From Negaprion brevirostris (Eukaryota), in NCBI GenBank assembly GCA_030324005.1, contig JARDVH010000121.1, positions 46,589,702 to 46,653,193 on the forward strand: 63,492 bases of DNA, read 5' to 3'. Below, one piece after another: positions 23,408-37,109 of the stretch. The notes below the pieces were generated by a model. The model was not told where the DNA came from, ran no database searches, and worked only from the letters and a program-made list of their open reading frames with translations. Within the stretch, counting starts at the first letter, position 1. Each line of letters starts with the position of its first letter. The position numbers were made by a program, and so were the translations under genes.

Positions 23408-25659
23408 TGTAACTACCAGACAGTGGGCATGCATCGTTCCCTCCTTGACTCCATCTTCAGATCAGCAACATCATGTAAAGGCAGCTTTTGCATGTCTGTC
23501 GTTAACACGCATAACTGCCTCTCCTCTAGTTCTCGCAACCTCATGAACAGTCTCTGTGCTATCAGCAAATCTGCGCAACATCAAATTCTGGATCTCTTTC
23601 AAAACTCCTTCAACTCAGCATCTGGAAGACAGAGCTGTNNNNNNNNNNNNNNNNNNNNNNNNNNNNNNNNNNNNNNNNNNNNNNNNNNNNNNNNNNNNNN
23701 NNNNNNNNNNNNNNNNNNNNNNNNNNNNNNNNNNNNNNNNNNNNNNNNNNNNNNNNNNNNNNNNNNNNNNNNNNNNNNNNATCCCACCCAGGCCCTATCC
23801 CCATATCCCTATATATTTACCTGCCAATCCGTCTAACCTACGCATCCCAGGACACTAAAAGGCAATTTTAGCATGACCAATCGGCCTAACCCGCACATCT
23901 TTGGACTGTGGGAAGAAACCAGACCACCCAGAAGATACTCATGTAAACACGAGGAGAATGTGCAAACTCCACCCAGACAGTGACCCAAGCCAGGAATCGG
24001 ACCCAGGTCCCTGGAGCTGTGAAGCAGCAGTGCTAACCACTGTGCTACCGTACTAACCTGAATGAGAGATCCCCTCTCATTCTTCTAAATTCCAATGAGT
24101 GAAGTCCCAATCTGTTTAACTTCCCCTCATTAGACAATCTCTGGGGATCATCCTAGTGTGCCTTCTCTGAACTGCCTCCAACGAAGTAATATCTTTCCTT
24201 AAATAAGAGGATCAAAATTGCTCATAGTACTGCTGATGTGGTATCTCTCATCGGTACCTGTAGATTTGCAGCAAGACTTCCCAACTCTTATATTCCAACC
24301 TCCTTGAAATAAGGGCCAAAGTCCATTAGCCACCCTGAATATCTGCTATACTTGTGTGTTAGCTTTCTGTGTTTCATGCACAAGTACCCCTAAGTCCTTT
24401 TTTTTGCAGTTTTTCTGCGTTTAAGTAATATTTTGACCCTGGACCAGTTAGTCTCACTCACCTAAGTTCCTCAACAAGCGTCAGCCAGCTATTGGACCAA
24501 TTCAATCGAGCTCAATCCTTTAATTCACCCTATGCCCATGCGGATGTTTTTACCAAAAGAGATTATTAAATAATAAAGAGCAGAATGCTGATTTTTGCAC
24601 TGTTCTCATTGGATTTCTCCTATTCCTAGGCCAGACTCTCTTTCTCTGACTCACAGCACCCCAGCTGCTGCGTTAGCTTGTATCTGGTAATTTATCACTG
24701 ACAAGGAGTTGGAACCTGGCTGCCTTGATCTCAGAAGTACATTGTGGGATTAGGTGGGCAGGTCAGAGCATTTCATTGGTGCAGACGCGATGGGCCAAAG
24801 GGCCTCTTCTGCACTGTAGTATTCTGTGAACTTTAGACAGTCTTGGCCATGAGGTCTGTGACTTTTTTAAAAACTGTTTTTATTTTTAACTTGGGGTGGT
24901 GATGTAAATTGCTAATTTGCCAAACTTCCCTTCGCAATTTAATTCTCTGAAAGATGATGTGCACATCAAACTTATCGCCTTTTAAATTTATAACAGCAGT
25001 GTTTTTGTTGCTTGCCAGCTCCTAAGTAGGTTTCGCCAATAATTTTATAGTTATGTGCTGATTAATTTAGTTTTTTTTTTCTTTGCAGCAATGCCAGTGA
25101 AGAAAATGTTGTGAACTCCAGATATTTTTAATTTGCTTAGAACTGTTAAAAAACACACCAGAAGTGCGGAAACTAACACTCAAAGCCTGGGTGAGACGAT
25201 CTGGAAAATGTGACGATTTCAAGTGCTATCATGCCCAATTCTAATAATTATCCAGTTGGTTAATGCCAACCTGTGTTTCCTGCCTCTTCCTCCTCCTCCT
25301 GATCCCATGGCAGGATTGGAATTGGAAATTTGGGATTGTTTTCTACCTAATTCTGTATTGTTTGTTTCAATGGATTTACACTTCTACTAACATAGCCGGG
25401 AGGGATCTGAATACAATGTCAACTCGTTCTTTAGCTGGTCTTCCGCCGAGGAGACCAGTAAACTAGAGGCTAGATTGTCCACGCCAGTGTAAGAATTCAA
25501 GATTATGATGATTCTAATGCACCTGGTGATATGGGTGCACAGCTGAGGGTTTGAGTTTGTTGAGTTGTTAATGATTATGTACATACTTGACCTCTTGAGC
25601 CAAGGCTCCTCTGGAGTGCGTCAGAAATGATTGTTTTCAACAATTGTTCTTGCAGAAAC

Positions 25660-25776
25660 ATGGGCTGCGCAAAATCAAAGGATTCTTCTGACCAGCAAGG
25701 AAAGAGCTTAAATGATCCCGTACGTAAATCGAACACCGCTCTTTATGTGAAAGATCCCACATCCAACTCCCATACA
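25660..25776 (+). CDS. HCK: HCK-like Src-family kinase, first coding exon (exon 2; acceptor ttcttgcag|25656, ATG at 25660)
   Basis: Translates MGCAKSKDSSDQQGKSLNDPVRKSNTALYVKDPTSNSHT. G2 myristoylation and C3 palmitoylation motif (MGCxxSK) plus the YVxDPTS motif of HCK/LYN. Donor ACA|gtaagt, phase 0. Confidence 0.93.
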
Positions 25777-28700
25777 GTAAGTAAAAATAAATTTTTTTTG
25801 AAGTAATTCTCCCAACTACTATCAGAATTAGCTGGTACACCATGCTTTCTGAGGATATGGTTTGAGGTTTTAACAAGCAGCAGTGCTATAGAAATAGTCA
25901 CATATGAACGTAAGTTCTTAGACAAGTTCTAGTCAACAGTCACTAGACTGAATGATGCCGTGTGGGCTGACTCTTTACAATGTGGGTGAAAAAGAGATTG
26001 ATTGAAAAACTAGTTAATAAACATGTGTTACTTATTACCAAAAAAGAGAGTCTCAACGTTACATTTAAATAGTAACCATGCAAATCAGAAGGTCCCAGTT
26101 TTAATTCTCAGCAAGTTTGCTGATTTCTGCCATGGTAGCGGATGATAATGGAATTAGTCTCAGTACATGTGGACAGGGGAGGAAATGGGAATATCTTCCA
26201 TTTCTAATTATTTGACCAGTGACTCTTGTTGGAAAGGATACGTGTGGTGTGGTGATCCATTAAAATCAGGAAAGGGGTGGGATGTCCTCCACAGCAGCCA
26301 GCATTTCTGTTAACATCTCCAATGTAGAAAAATGTCTGAAAGTATTTCAGAGTCACAAAGTTAAAAATATGGATACACAAGTCCAAGAAAGCAATGTTAA
26401 CATGGGTGGCCAAAAGCATGGTAAAAGCACCAAGTTTTTAAAAGAGGGAGTGAAGTGAGGGAGTTCCAGAGCATGGAAATTGAACAGTTGAAAGCATGGC
26501 CACTATTGATAGAGTGGGAGGCAGATGTACAAGAGGCCAGAGTTTAAAATTAAAGGAGAAGTATTTCCTGATTGCAAAAATTGCAAATTCGGAAACTGTG
26601 GAGGGATTTAAACACAAGGATGCTGTAATAGCAAGTCAGTGAAAATAATCTGTCGCTAAAACCCTCATCCATGCCTTGCTTAACTCTGGACTTAACTATT
26701 CCAACACCCTCCTGGCTGGCGTACCACAAATCCTGCTGTCCTTATCTTGCGCTTTGTCCCACTGTCTATCCCTGAGCTCACTAATCTACGTTGATTCCTA
26801 ATCTGCAAATTGCAGATTTTTGAGTGTAGTTCAAACGTAATTGTTGGTGGCACAGTTTCTTCTCAGCACCAGAGACCCGGGTTCAATTCCGGCCTCAAGT
26901 CACTTATCGGTTGGAGATTGCACGTTCTCCCTGTGTCTGTGTGGGCTTCCTCCAAGTACTCTGGTTTCCTCCCAGTGATGCGTGGGTTAGGTCGATTGCA
27001 CATGCTAAAATTTCCCCATTGTAAAAAAAATCCCCTAAAAATCAGGGGGATTAGCAACGTAAATAGGGCTATGGGGAGCTGGCCTGTGTGGGATTATTGT
27101 TGGTGCGTGCTCGATGGGCTAAATGGCCTCCTTCTGCACTGTAGGGATTCTTTAAGTTCTACTGGCTTTTTCAGAATCTCAGCCAAATGGACAATCTTGA
27201 CGTGAACGTTGACGGGGAGAAATTGAACCCATTTTGTCAGCACAAAATAGGAACAACCAATTTGTTCACGGTGATGCCCTATGGCTGACTGAAATACATT
27301 CAACTACAAATAGGAAAGGGTGGAACCTGGGGGCTGCCTGAAACTGGATACACCTGATGAAGAATCCAGCAAGCCGTTCAGTTCTGTCCAAACTAAGCAC
27401 CAGGCAGCATTCTCTGCACAGCTTTGCAAGCTCTAGCTGTAATCTTAAGAGAACAACAGGCAGTAGATAACAACAAGCTTCAATTGTTCAATATCAACTT
27501 ATCTTGGTGTGGAGCTGGTGTGTTCCATTAATAGTGAGAGGAAAAACAAAGAGCTTTTTATTTGGTTCCAGATATCTTTATAATTTTCAAATAATTTTTG
27601 AAACTCAGGCAGTAAAATGTATCCCTTTCTTTTATAAAGGTTGGACTGTCAGAATCTTTGCAATAGAATGTAACGTGATATAGAATGGGCTTATGATGGC
27701 AGTGCAATTGCAGTTAGAATTTTGCTCTGTCATGAAAGTCAATCTCTCTGCTTTTGGAGCATAGTTTCTGGCTGTCTCTCTGACCAGTTATGTTTGGAAG
27801 TGAAAGATGGTGTATTACAGGTCATGGAGTTCCATGTTGCTGTGGTAATATAAACTTCTATGTGCCCGGTTTAGTCGGGAGCTGTGGATAGTGATGGTAG
27901 AGGCTCCAACATTTTTCCATCACATACCAACCAGAAATCGCTCCTTTATAGAATCCCAACAGTGCAGAAAGAGGCCATTCGGCCCATCAAGTCTGCACCA
28001 ACTCTGACAGAGTATCTTATCCCGGCGCTCTCCCACACATTTATCGTTGTTAATCTAGCCAACCTATACATCTTGTGATGCCGAAGGAGCAATTTACCAT
28101 GGCCAATCCACCAAATCTGCACATCTTTGGACTGTTGGAGGAAATGGGAGCACTTGGAGGAAGCCCACACAGACACTGGGAGAACGTGCAAACTCCACAC
28201 ACACAGTCACCGAAAGCTGGAAGTGAATCTGGGTTCCTTGTGCTGAGAGACAGCATTGCTAACCATTGCACAACCGTGCCACCCTTTTTTCCTAAGAATG
28301 TTGTTTTTGCAGGCAAATAAGATCATAGAATTCTATTATTAGAATCCTGCCCTTATTCCTGCTGTGTGTGTTGGGAGGATTCACAGGTTGATGCTAGACC
28401 TGCTTGGCTGCATTATTAACGCACCTTCCTTAATCATCAGATCCTGGGGGTGGGGACTCTAATGCAGAGCCTCTGGCTCAGAGACAGGGATCCCACCCAC
28501 TGCGCCATAAGACCTCCCTCTCAGGTGAACAGCAAAATATCATTTCTGAGAGTCTGGATGAGAATTAAAAAACTAATTTGTTTAAACATTTGTCAGGAGG
28601 TAGAAGCTGAAGTGATAGGTGTATGCAAAAGGTTGATTGAGTAGTGTGCTGCAATAGATTTTATCTTAGAACTTAGAGCTATTATAAGCATTGTACTTTC

Positions 28701-29443
28701 GAATCAGAGTTTCCTGCTTCGGTATAAAACCTGGATAATCTTTCCAAACAACCATGGACGGTTAAAAGCCCATGGTTAAATAAATCATCTTGAGATAGGG
28801 GAAATAGATAGTGGATGACACAGTGGTTTGCACTGCTGTCTCATAGCACTAGAAACCCAGGTTTGATTCCTGGCTTGGGTCACTGTGTAGAGTTTGCACA
28901 TTCTCCGTATGTCTGTGTGGGTTTCCTCCCTTAGACCAAAGATGTGTGGGTTAGGTGGATTGGTCACGCTAAATTGCCCCTTAGTGTCAGGGGGACCAGC
29001 TGAAGTTAGGGTCTCGGTGGTGTTGTGGTAGGTGCAGACTGGATGGGCCAAATGGCCTCCTCCTGCACTGTAGGGATTGTATGAAATATTTCTATTCATG
29101 CAGTTAGATCCATGGGAATAGATACATAGGCAGTCACGGCACAGAAAGAGGTCATTAGGCCCATCATATCCAAGCTAGTCACCAANNNNNNNNNACACTA
29201 GTCTTATTTTCCAGCGCCTGGGCCATAGCCTAGAGGTTATGGCAATGCAAGTGATGATTTAGATTTGTCATTTTATTGTGGGAATGTGGAGATAGTTTCC
29301 AGTATTTCACCACATATAACTTTGGATAGGTCCTATCTAAAAGAAAAAGAATTTGTAATTCTCCTCCTATTATTACAGGCTTTGTAATTCTCTTTGTACT
29401 TGGATTTGATGGAATATTCATGCTTTGATCCTCTTTTCTTTAG

Positions 29444-29483
29444 AACACAAATAACATTCCTCCTGTACCGCCATCTTCCGGAG
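29444..29483 (+). CDS. HCK: HCK exon 3 (unique region, 40 nt)
   Basis: Pyrimidine tract cctcttttctttag and donor GAG|gtacgt. Encodes NTNNIPPVPPSSG+G. Phase 0 to 1 bridges exons 2 and 4 exactly, and the size resembles the small third exon of HCK/LYN. Confidence 0.8.
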
Positions 29484-31054
29484 GTACGTATAAAAACCTG
29501 ATCCCTGATCACGTCTGCGAAGCATTTGATTCGGCTGTTGATATTTTTGCTCTCTATGTGTGAACGCTTTCGAGCTTTAGTGATGAAATAGTGTGCTAAG
29601 TGATGGCTGGGAATTTCCTGCTCCATCGTGGCGGGACCCACCGCAGGAGATTTGGCAACCAAGCCACTGACTTTCGGTGGAATTGGCCAATCCTGGTGGA
29701 ATGCGAGGCTGGAAAATCCCATCCGACGTGTGATACCTGTCCAATTTGCATTAAAATGCATCAATATGGGGAATAAATTGTGATGATATATGAACATTTA
29801 ACTGGTCAAGGTAGTTGAGTGTTTTACTTTTAATAAAAGTTTAAAAACTGATCACTAAATGGCCCTTTAATACTTTTACACCATGCGTATATTTCACACA
29901 CATATATTTTTAAGTGTCTGATGTACATGGAATTGTTTATTTTATAATTATTTTTGGAATATATTTTGACACTCAAATATTGTAAGTGTCAAGAGACAAT
30001 TGAATTCTGTACTAGAATTATATATTTTTAAAATTATCTCAATCTCCGTTCAGCTTCTAGTACAGAACCTTAATTATCTTCTGGTCTCCTGCCATATTGC
30101 TGTTATATTATTACAATTCTCAACATAATGTTTCCTGCACCGCCGCGCCCCCCCCCCGCCCCCCCAAACCGCCAACGCCACTTCCACCTCCCCCACCATG
30201 ACTCGTTTCCTGGGAAGGCAGTGAAAGTTTGTTTCGAGTCTCGTTAGTTGTGGTATTTGGAATTCTCAAATGATTTGCCCGTCAAATTTTACAAAAATCT
30301 GAATGGGAAAAGACATCAGAAANNNNNNNNNNNNNNNNNNNNNNNNNNNNNNNNNNNNNNNNNNNNNNNNNNNNNNNNNNNNNNNNNNNNNNNNNNNNNN
30401 NNNNNNNNNNNNNNNNNNNNNNTCTCAAATGATTTGCCCGTCAAATTTTACATAATTCTGAATGGGAAAAGACATCAGAAATTGACTTTGTGGGTCTGAA
30501 GAGATTTGAAAGTCAGTCAACTGAGGGCAATTTTAAACATCTTTGAAGAACAAGTACTCTGTTCCAATTCTCAAATACAGTTGCTGAGAAGTGGATTGTG
30601 AGTGTGTTGTCAGAATTGGGGCGGAATCTGGTTAATTTGCAAATGTTTTTTCTTTTGCGCTATAAGTGCTCCTTGCAAGCGCTAGAAACTCATCCCACCC
30701 AAATAATCCTCAGTTTGAAAGCAAATACATGACGTGCTTGATCAGATGACAACTCTGCACACCTATTAGTGGAGCCGGGTCTCTGGAGTTTCACGTCTGA
30801 TAACTGTCTGAAACAGAGGCTAAATTTGGCTGGTATGAAATCCATGCCTTTGCATGTGAGATGATTGTTCTAATTGTTGTCTAGTTTCAAGAGGAAATTA
30901 GATATAACTTTTAGGCCTAAAGGGATCAAGGGCTATGGGAAGAAGGGGGGGGGGAAATCAGGATATTGAATTCGATGAACAGGCATGATCAAGATAAATG
31001 GTGGAGCAGGTTTGAAGGGCCGAGTGGCCTACTCCTTCTAGTCTGTGTTCTTAA

Positions 31055-31180
<126 letters not shown>

Positions 31181-31276
31181 TAAGGAAATGTTTACAAATC
31201 CATTTTATATTACTGCCAGAATTGACGGGAGGAAGCACCTGGGAATAATTGCAGTTACGGTCTAAAAGGTACAGGT

Positions 31277-31349
31277 GCCTGGCTGGCTCAGTCAGTAGAA
31301 CATGAGACTCTTAACTTCAGAGTCCTGGGTTCAAACACCACATTGTACA
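31277..31349 (+). pseudogene. tRNA-Lys(CTT) pseudogene
   Basis: Aligns without gaps to the recalled vertebrate tRNA-Lys-CTT sequence with 15 of 73 mismatches, many at CpGs. Anticodon CTT at 31310-31312. Acceptor stem and B box are damaged. Confidence 0.85.
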
Positions 31350-31361
31350 ACCGTCGTTTAA

Positions 31362-31675
31362 GGGAGGCAGTGGCTTGGTGATATTGTCGCTGGACTAATA
31401 ATCCAGAGACCAAGGTAATGCTCTGGGTACCCAAGTTCGAATCCCACCACAGCAGATGGTGAAATTTGAACTCAATAAAAATCTGGACATAAAAGACATC
31501 ATAACCCATCTGATTCACAGATGTCCTTTAGGGAAGGAAATCTGCCATCCTTAACTGGTCTGTCCTACATGTGTCTCCACAGCAATGTGGTTGACTCTCC
31601 ACTGCTGACAGGGATGGTTAATAAATGTTGGCCCAGCCAGTGATGCTGAAATCCTAGCAATGAGTAATTAAAAAA
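31362..31675 (+). mobile_element. tRNA-derived SINE with jockey/CR1-group LINE tail
   Basis: Head ggaggcagtggcttggtg...gttcgaatccc, core gtcctttagggaaggaaatctgcc, tail aataaatgttggcccagccagtgatg. Related copies at about 7730-8125 (-), 39240-39535 (-), 45530-45665 (-), 54065-54417 (-) and 56315-56795 (+). Confidence 0.8.
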
Positions 31676-32600
31676 TATACCACATATTCTAACAATCCAT
31701 GATCTTATCAGAAGAATTATTTTTAACATTTAAATGGATTTAGAGATCTAGTATTTTCCATTGATTTTGGAAAGGTTGAATGAAACAGAACTAAGGGACT
31801 ACTTACTGGTCAAATCTCCCGAATTTGGCTTTAGTCACAAAGTTTGAGTTGTTGTGATGCACTGTTGTTGTAAGTGTGACTTGAAAAGATGTGATCTACA
31901 AATGATTAACCAAAGTGAAGGCAATGCCCAACGAGGTGTACGTGATGCTGGGACTAGCCTTTGGGGTGCAAAGACAAACGTTGGTCTGTACCGTGGTGCA
32001 ATTACCATAACAGCCTTGATACTTAGAGACATATTAACAAGTGTTTGCTGTCTGGAAGTCAGTGTGAGTAAATTGGTAAAACATCAGCATAGTTCATTAA
32101 AGATTCTACACACATCATGATTCCAATGACAAATACACATAAATTTAATTTCATAGAACCTTTTCAAAGTTTACTGAAAAAAAACTCTAAAAGGTCATAT
32201 TTATGAAAATAAAAATGCAATTTAAATATGTCAAACATCAACATCCTTGAAGTTAAGGGGAGTGATGTGTCCCTTTTATGTTAAGGGAACTCCCAAGACA
32301 ACACGCCTGGCAAGAAATGGTGAAAGCCAAGTCAAGTCTCTGGCCAACTCAGTAATTTGATATGTGACAAAGGTCAGGAGCATTGCGTGGCTCCTTAATT
32401 GGAACTGAGAAAGTGGAGCCATTTTTGTGTTCTTCCTATCTGTCTCCAGATATTGCACAAAGTAAATGGGAAAATAGTGACAATCTTTTAATAAATACTT
32501 AAAATAACCAACATTTCAATTACATTTTTTTCTCAATGTAACAGCAGACTGGAAATGCATAAATGAGCAAAGGTAATAGAATTATTTTTGTGTTTTTTAA

Positions 32601-32708
<108 letters not shown>

Positions 32709-33194
32709 TAAGTACCTTTGGAACATTTGCATTTGGAGTTTAAAGTAGAACCAATTTTTAATGGCTGTCTGTTGGTACTGATGATGGCTTTTGCCACCAT
32801 TATACACAAATGATATCTGTCCAGTGTAGTAAAAGTTGAAGGGTGTAAAACCATTATTGTTTAAATATGCATTATTGCACTTCCATACTCTGATATCACG
32901 ACCTTACGATGTGGGGGAACAAAGTACAATAGTGGTATAATGGAACCACAGTGAAGTTATCAGTATCACTGCATGGCAAATGCTGCCAAAATGTTGCAGT
33001 ACTGGATAAGGGTGGATCAGTTCTCCTTTTAATAGTGACTTTGCAGACATCTTATACTGCCACTCATGAAAATTTAAATGTAGTGCTTTACTGAAGAACT
33101 TTTGCTCACAGACAATATTGTAACACAAGTTATAACAATTGAGTGTTCTCACCTTTGCATCAGAAGCCCACTTCAGGAACGAGCTCAATCTAAA

Positions 33195-33733
33195 TTGACA
33201 CTTCAGAGATGCACTGATGACATGCTGTGATGGGAGTGCCATCTGCCAGATGAGGAGTTGAGTCAAAATCTCGACTGTCAGCTCTGTTGGATGTGAAAAT
33301 CCTACAGCACTGTATTGAAGACTCCGAACATAATAAAAGAACGAATTGCTGGAAAATCTCAGCAGGTCTGGCAGCATCTCTCCCGAAGAAGAGTCATATT
33401 AGACTCTAAACTTTAACTCTTGTTTCTCACTCCACGGATGGTGCCAGACCTGCTTGAGTCTCTTGAAGGAGTTCCTGTTTTTATTTCAAACGATCAGCAT
33501 CTGCAATATTTTGCTTTTATTAAGTTCTCCTAAAACCCTTAACGTCATTCCTCAATCAGTTTCAATAAAAACAAGATTACTGATGTTATCATCTTCTTTG
33601 CTATTTGTGATATTGTGTTATATATGAGTTGGCTGACATGACTGTGCATGTCACAATAAGAAGTAATTAATTGAATAAGTACTTTCACTATTGAAGTGCA
33701 GGAAGGTGCAATATAAAGGCAAGTTCTTTCTTT
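33195..33733 (+). mobile_element. Deu-domain SINE, highly diverged, interrupted by a Penelope-derived element
   Basis: gtgccatctgccagatgag...ggatgtgaaaatcctacagcactgtattgaaga, resuming after 33520 and ending in the tail ataaaggcaagttctttcttt. Confidence 0.6.
33335..33520. mobile_element. Penelope-derived partially palindromic non-autonomous element
   Basis: tgctggaaaatctcagcaggtctggcagcatc ... gatggtgccagacctgct inverted arms. Same family as 60850-61185. Confidence 0.7.
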
Positions 33734-33738
33734 ACTAA

Positions 33739-33954
<216 letters not shown>

Positions 33955-34142
33955 TAAATCCTGACAGAAAGAGGTCTTCATCTTATTTTGTATTACATGA
34001 ACTTTGAACATCAACAATCTAAACTCAAAACTTTTGATATTATGCATTGTCCATTCTTTACTATCCTTTATTTTTCTGTGAATGTATGCCTACCAAATTA
34101 TGTTGACATTTTTTTAAATGTTCAGGGATAAATTAAATATAG

Positions 34143-34382
<240 letters not shown>

Positions 34383-36126
34383 TAGCCTTTGATCTAGTTT
34401 TAGGGGCAATTATTTACCAATTCTTTGTAATTCCTTTCATTTGGCCTCGTTTTAAGAGAGATATTATTTAAACTAAATGGTTCAGTATCTATGCCTGAAT
34501 GGTGAACTAAGGAATTTCAGACTGGGTTGTTCTGGTGCACTGTTGTTGTAAGTGTGACTTGAAAAGATGTGAACTACAAATGATTAACCAAAATGAAGGC
34601 AATACACAACAAGGGGTACGTGATGCTGGGCCTAGCCTTTGGGGTGCAATTTTCCCAAAAAACAGCAAAGTGTCAGGCACTGACTGAACACCAGTGTGTT
34701 TTCTCTCCAGATCTTGACACTGACAACAAAAAAGCGGGAGGGGGGCGGTGTGGTGGGCATGTGTTAGACTTTCATACCTGAGGGGTGGGGCCTAAAGACG
34801 CTGGCAAACTTGGATTCACCAAGATCAGGATGCCATTTTTAAAGGGTACCCTGATTTCAAAATGAAGGGACAGGGCAGCAGGGAGAACACTTGATGTTCC
34901 TAGAAGATATGACGTTAAGCCGTTTAATTTGATCATTTAAATTTATTCAAACTAGCATCGTGCACTTTCCAGGGAGGATCTCATTCTGAGATCTCCCCGG
35001 GGCAAATCCCACTGTGGCCCTCTCATGGGAGTTTCCAGCATTAATAGGGTTTAGGCCTGCAGAACTGGAAACCACCTTCCGACAATCTGTGTTTTTGTTT
35101 TAAGAACACCATGAAGTTTTGTTCAGTTAGGAGTTGTTCTGCATCTGAGCAATTCATTTTACGTTTAGTTCCAAAGATGAATTGCATGTTTTCGCCTTCT
35201 TTTTAAAAGAAAATCAAGAAGTAGCCACGATTGCTTTGCTGTGGCATCGGAGCATGTGCTCCACACAGATTCAAAGTAAGTAGCACACAGGTTATCTCCC
35301 GTACTGCAGTTCACTGCTAAAATGGCAGAGAGACAACTGGTCATTTGATGCAAATACTTGCATCAAAATTANNNNNNNNNNNNNNNNNNNNNNNNNNNNN
35401 NNNNNNNNNNNNNNNNNNNNNNNNNNNNNNNNNNNNNNNNNNNNNNNNNNNNNNNNNNNNNNNNNNNNNNNGAGCAGAGATTTAGAGGGGTGATAATGGA
35501 GACATGCTTCTTGTAACTGTGGTGTAAAGGACTTGTTTTTGGCATTGATTTCAATCCAATCCATATCTCCAAGAAGATGACTAGTCAGTGCAGCAAAGCT
35601 CACTCATGTCTAATTCCTGGATGATAAGCGGTTGTATAAATTAAAAAGGACATTGCAATGCTTGATCTGAAGACCCACCATGCGTCAAATGTGTACACGA
35701 TAAGGTGGGTCTAGCCAAGCGTCAGTTGAGGATTTCTTTCTCCATCTGCAGAGGGCCTCAAGGAGCAGAAGGAATCAATACACATCCAAATCCCAAAGAT
35801 TTGGACATGACTGTAAAGAGTGACACCAGTGCTGATGATATGCCCCTCACAAGTGAAGACAGCATTGGAAAATGTTACTGCAATCAGGGTATATGTACGT
35901 CCCTCCGCTCATTGTTTATCATTGTGTAAGCTAATTTTGCATTACACAGACTTGTATGTTTGAGACATTCTGTGCCTAAAATCAAATAGTCCATGGAACA
36001 TTTATGCCTGTTCATTTCAAAAATGCCAACAAATTGTAATTTTTAGCCATTTTGTCATAGCAACAATGCACTATACTGTACCTTAAATGGTGACATGCTC
36101 ATGTTCCCATTCAACCGTACCGTACC

Positions 36127-36436
36127 AGGTAGCACAGTGGTTAGCACCACTGCTTCACAGCTCCAGGGACCTGGGTTTGAATCCCGTCTCGGGTCACTGT
36201 CTGTGTGGAGTTTGCACATTCTCCTCGTGTCTGCGTGGATTTCCTCCAGGTGCTTTAGCTTCCCCCCACAGTTGAAAGATGTGCTAGATTGATTGGCTTC
36301 TTAATGTCCCAGAATGCATAGGTTAGAGGGATTAGTGGGTAAATACGTAGGGATATGGGGACAAAGCCTGGGTGGGATTGTGGTTGGTGCAGACTCGATG
36401 AGCTGAATGGCCTCTTCCTGCACTGAAGGATTCTGA
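36127..36436 (+). mobile_element. HE1/V-SINE-type SINE (representative copy)
   Basis: Full head, V-domain and CR1 tail. Other copies at about 8876-9175 (-), 13141-13395 (-), 23781-24052 (-), 26845-27150 (+), 27948-28283 (-), 28810-29083 (+), 41730-41918 (-), 59985-60272 (-) and 61362-61610 (+). Confidence 0.85.
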
Positions 36437-36830
36437 ATTGCAAAAGCTGCAGCTTATTATATGGCATAGCAGAAGACATTGGCTAGTTACTATTGTTCAT
36501 TGTATACTGGATCAGATATAAAAGTGTGGCACTACCCAAGCAGTGCGATAAGCAATTATCATTCTTTGTGGTGATGGGATCTAGGAAACCTGTTGCAAAG
36601 AAATATACCTTTTCAGTGGGAGAATAAAGTAATGCCTTGAATCAAAACTATTCAGTACAAAAGCAGGGATTAGATGAAAGAACATCAGTGAGGCAATACA
36701 AAAACCCAAAGGAATAAACTTGCAAGCATCGTATTGTGGCAGTTTGTTTTGCTTTTATCAGAGTGAAGATAAATGTTTGCTTATCCACAATCTGAGTTTT
36801 ATGCCCATGACCTCTTAGCTAAAATACTAA

Positions 36831-37022
<192 letters not shown>

Positions 37023-37109
37023 TAATTTTAGTAAATCATCTTTCTTTTGACTCGTTATTTATTAAACAACAAACAAAACATGAAATTCAGCAAGCTGAAG
37101 CATAAAAAC

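Noticed and set aside
20530-26090. Isolated ATGCAAAT octamers (about 20530, 21336, 26078)
   Set aside because: Unclustered 8-mers in AT-rich DNA are too weak to call individually.
30263-30481. Direct repeat of about 59 bp on both sides of a 100-N gap
   Set aside because: Typical unmerged contig overlap or haplotype difference; probably an assembly artefact.
31277-31349. Functional tRNA-Lys gene
   Set aside because: Broken acceptor stem, D-loop G18 change, damaged T-arm/B box and no oligo-T terminator.
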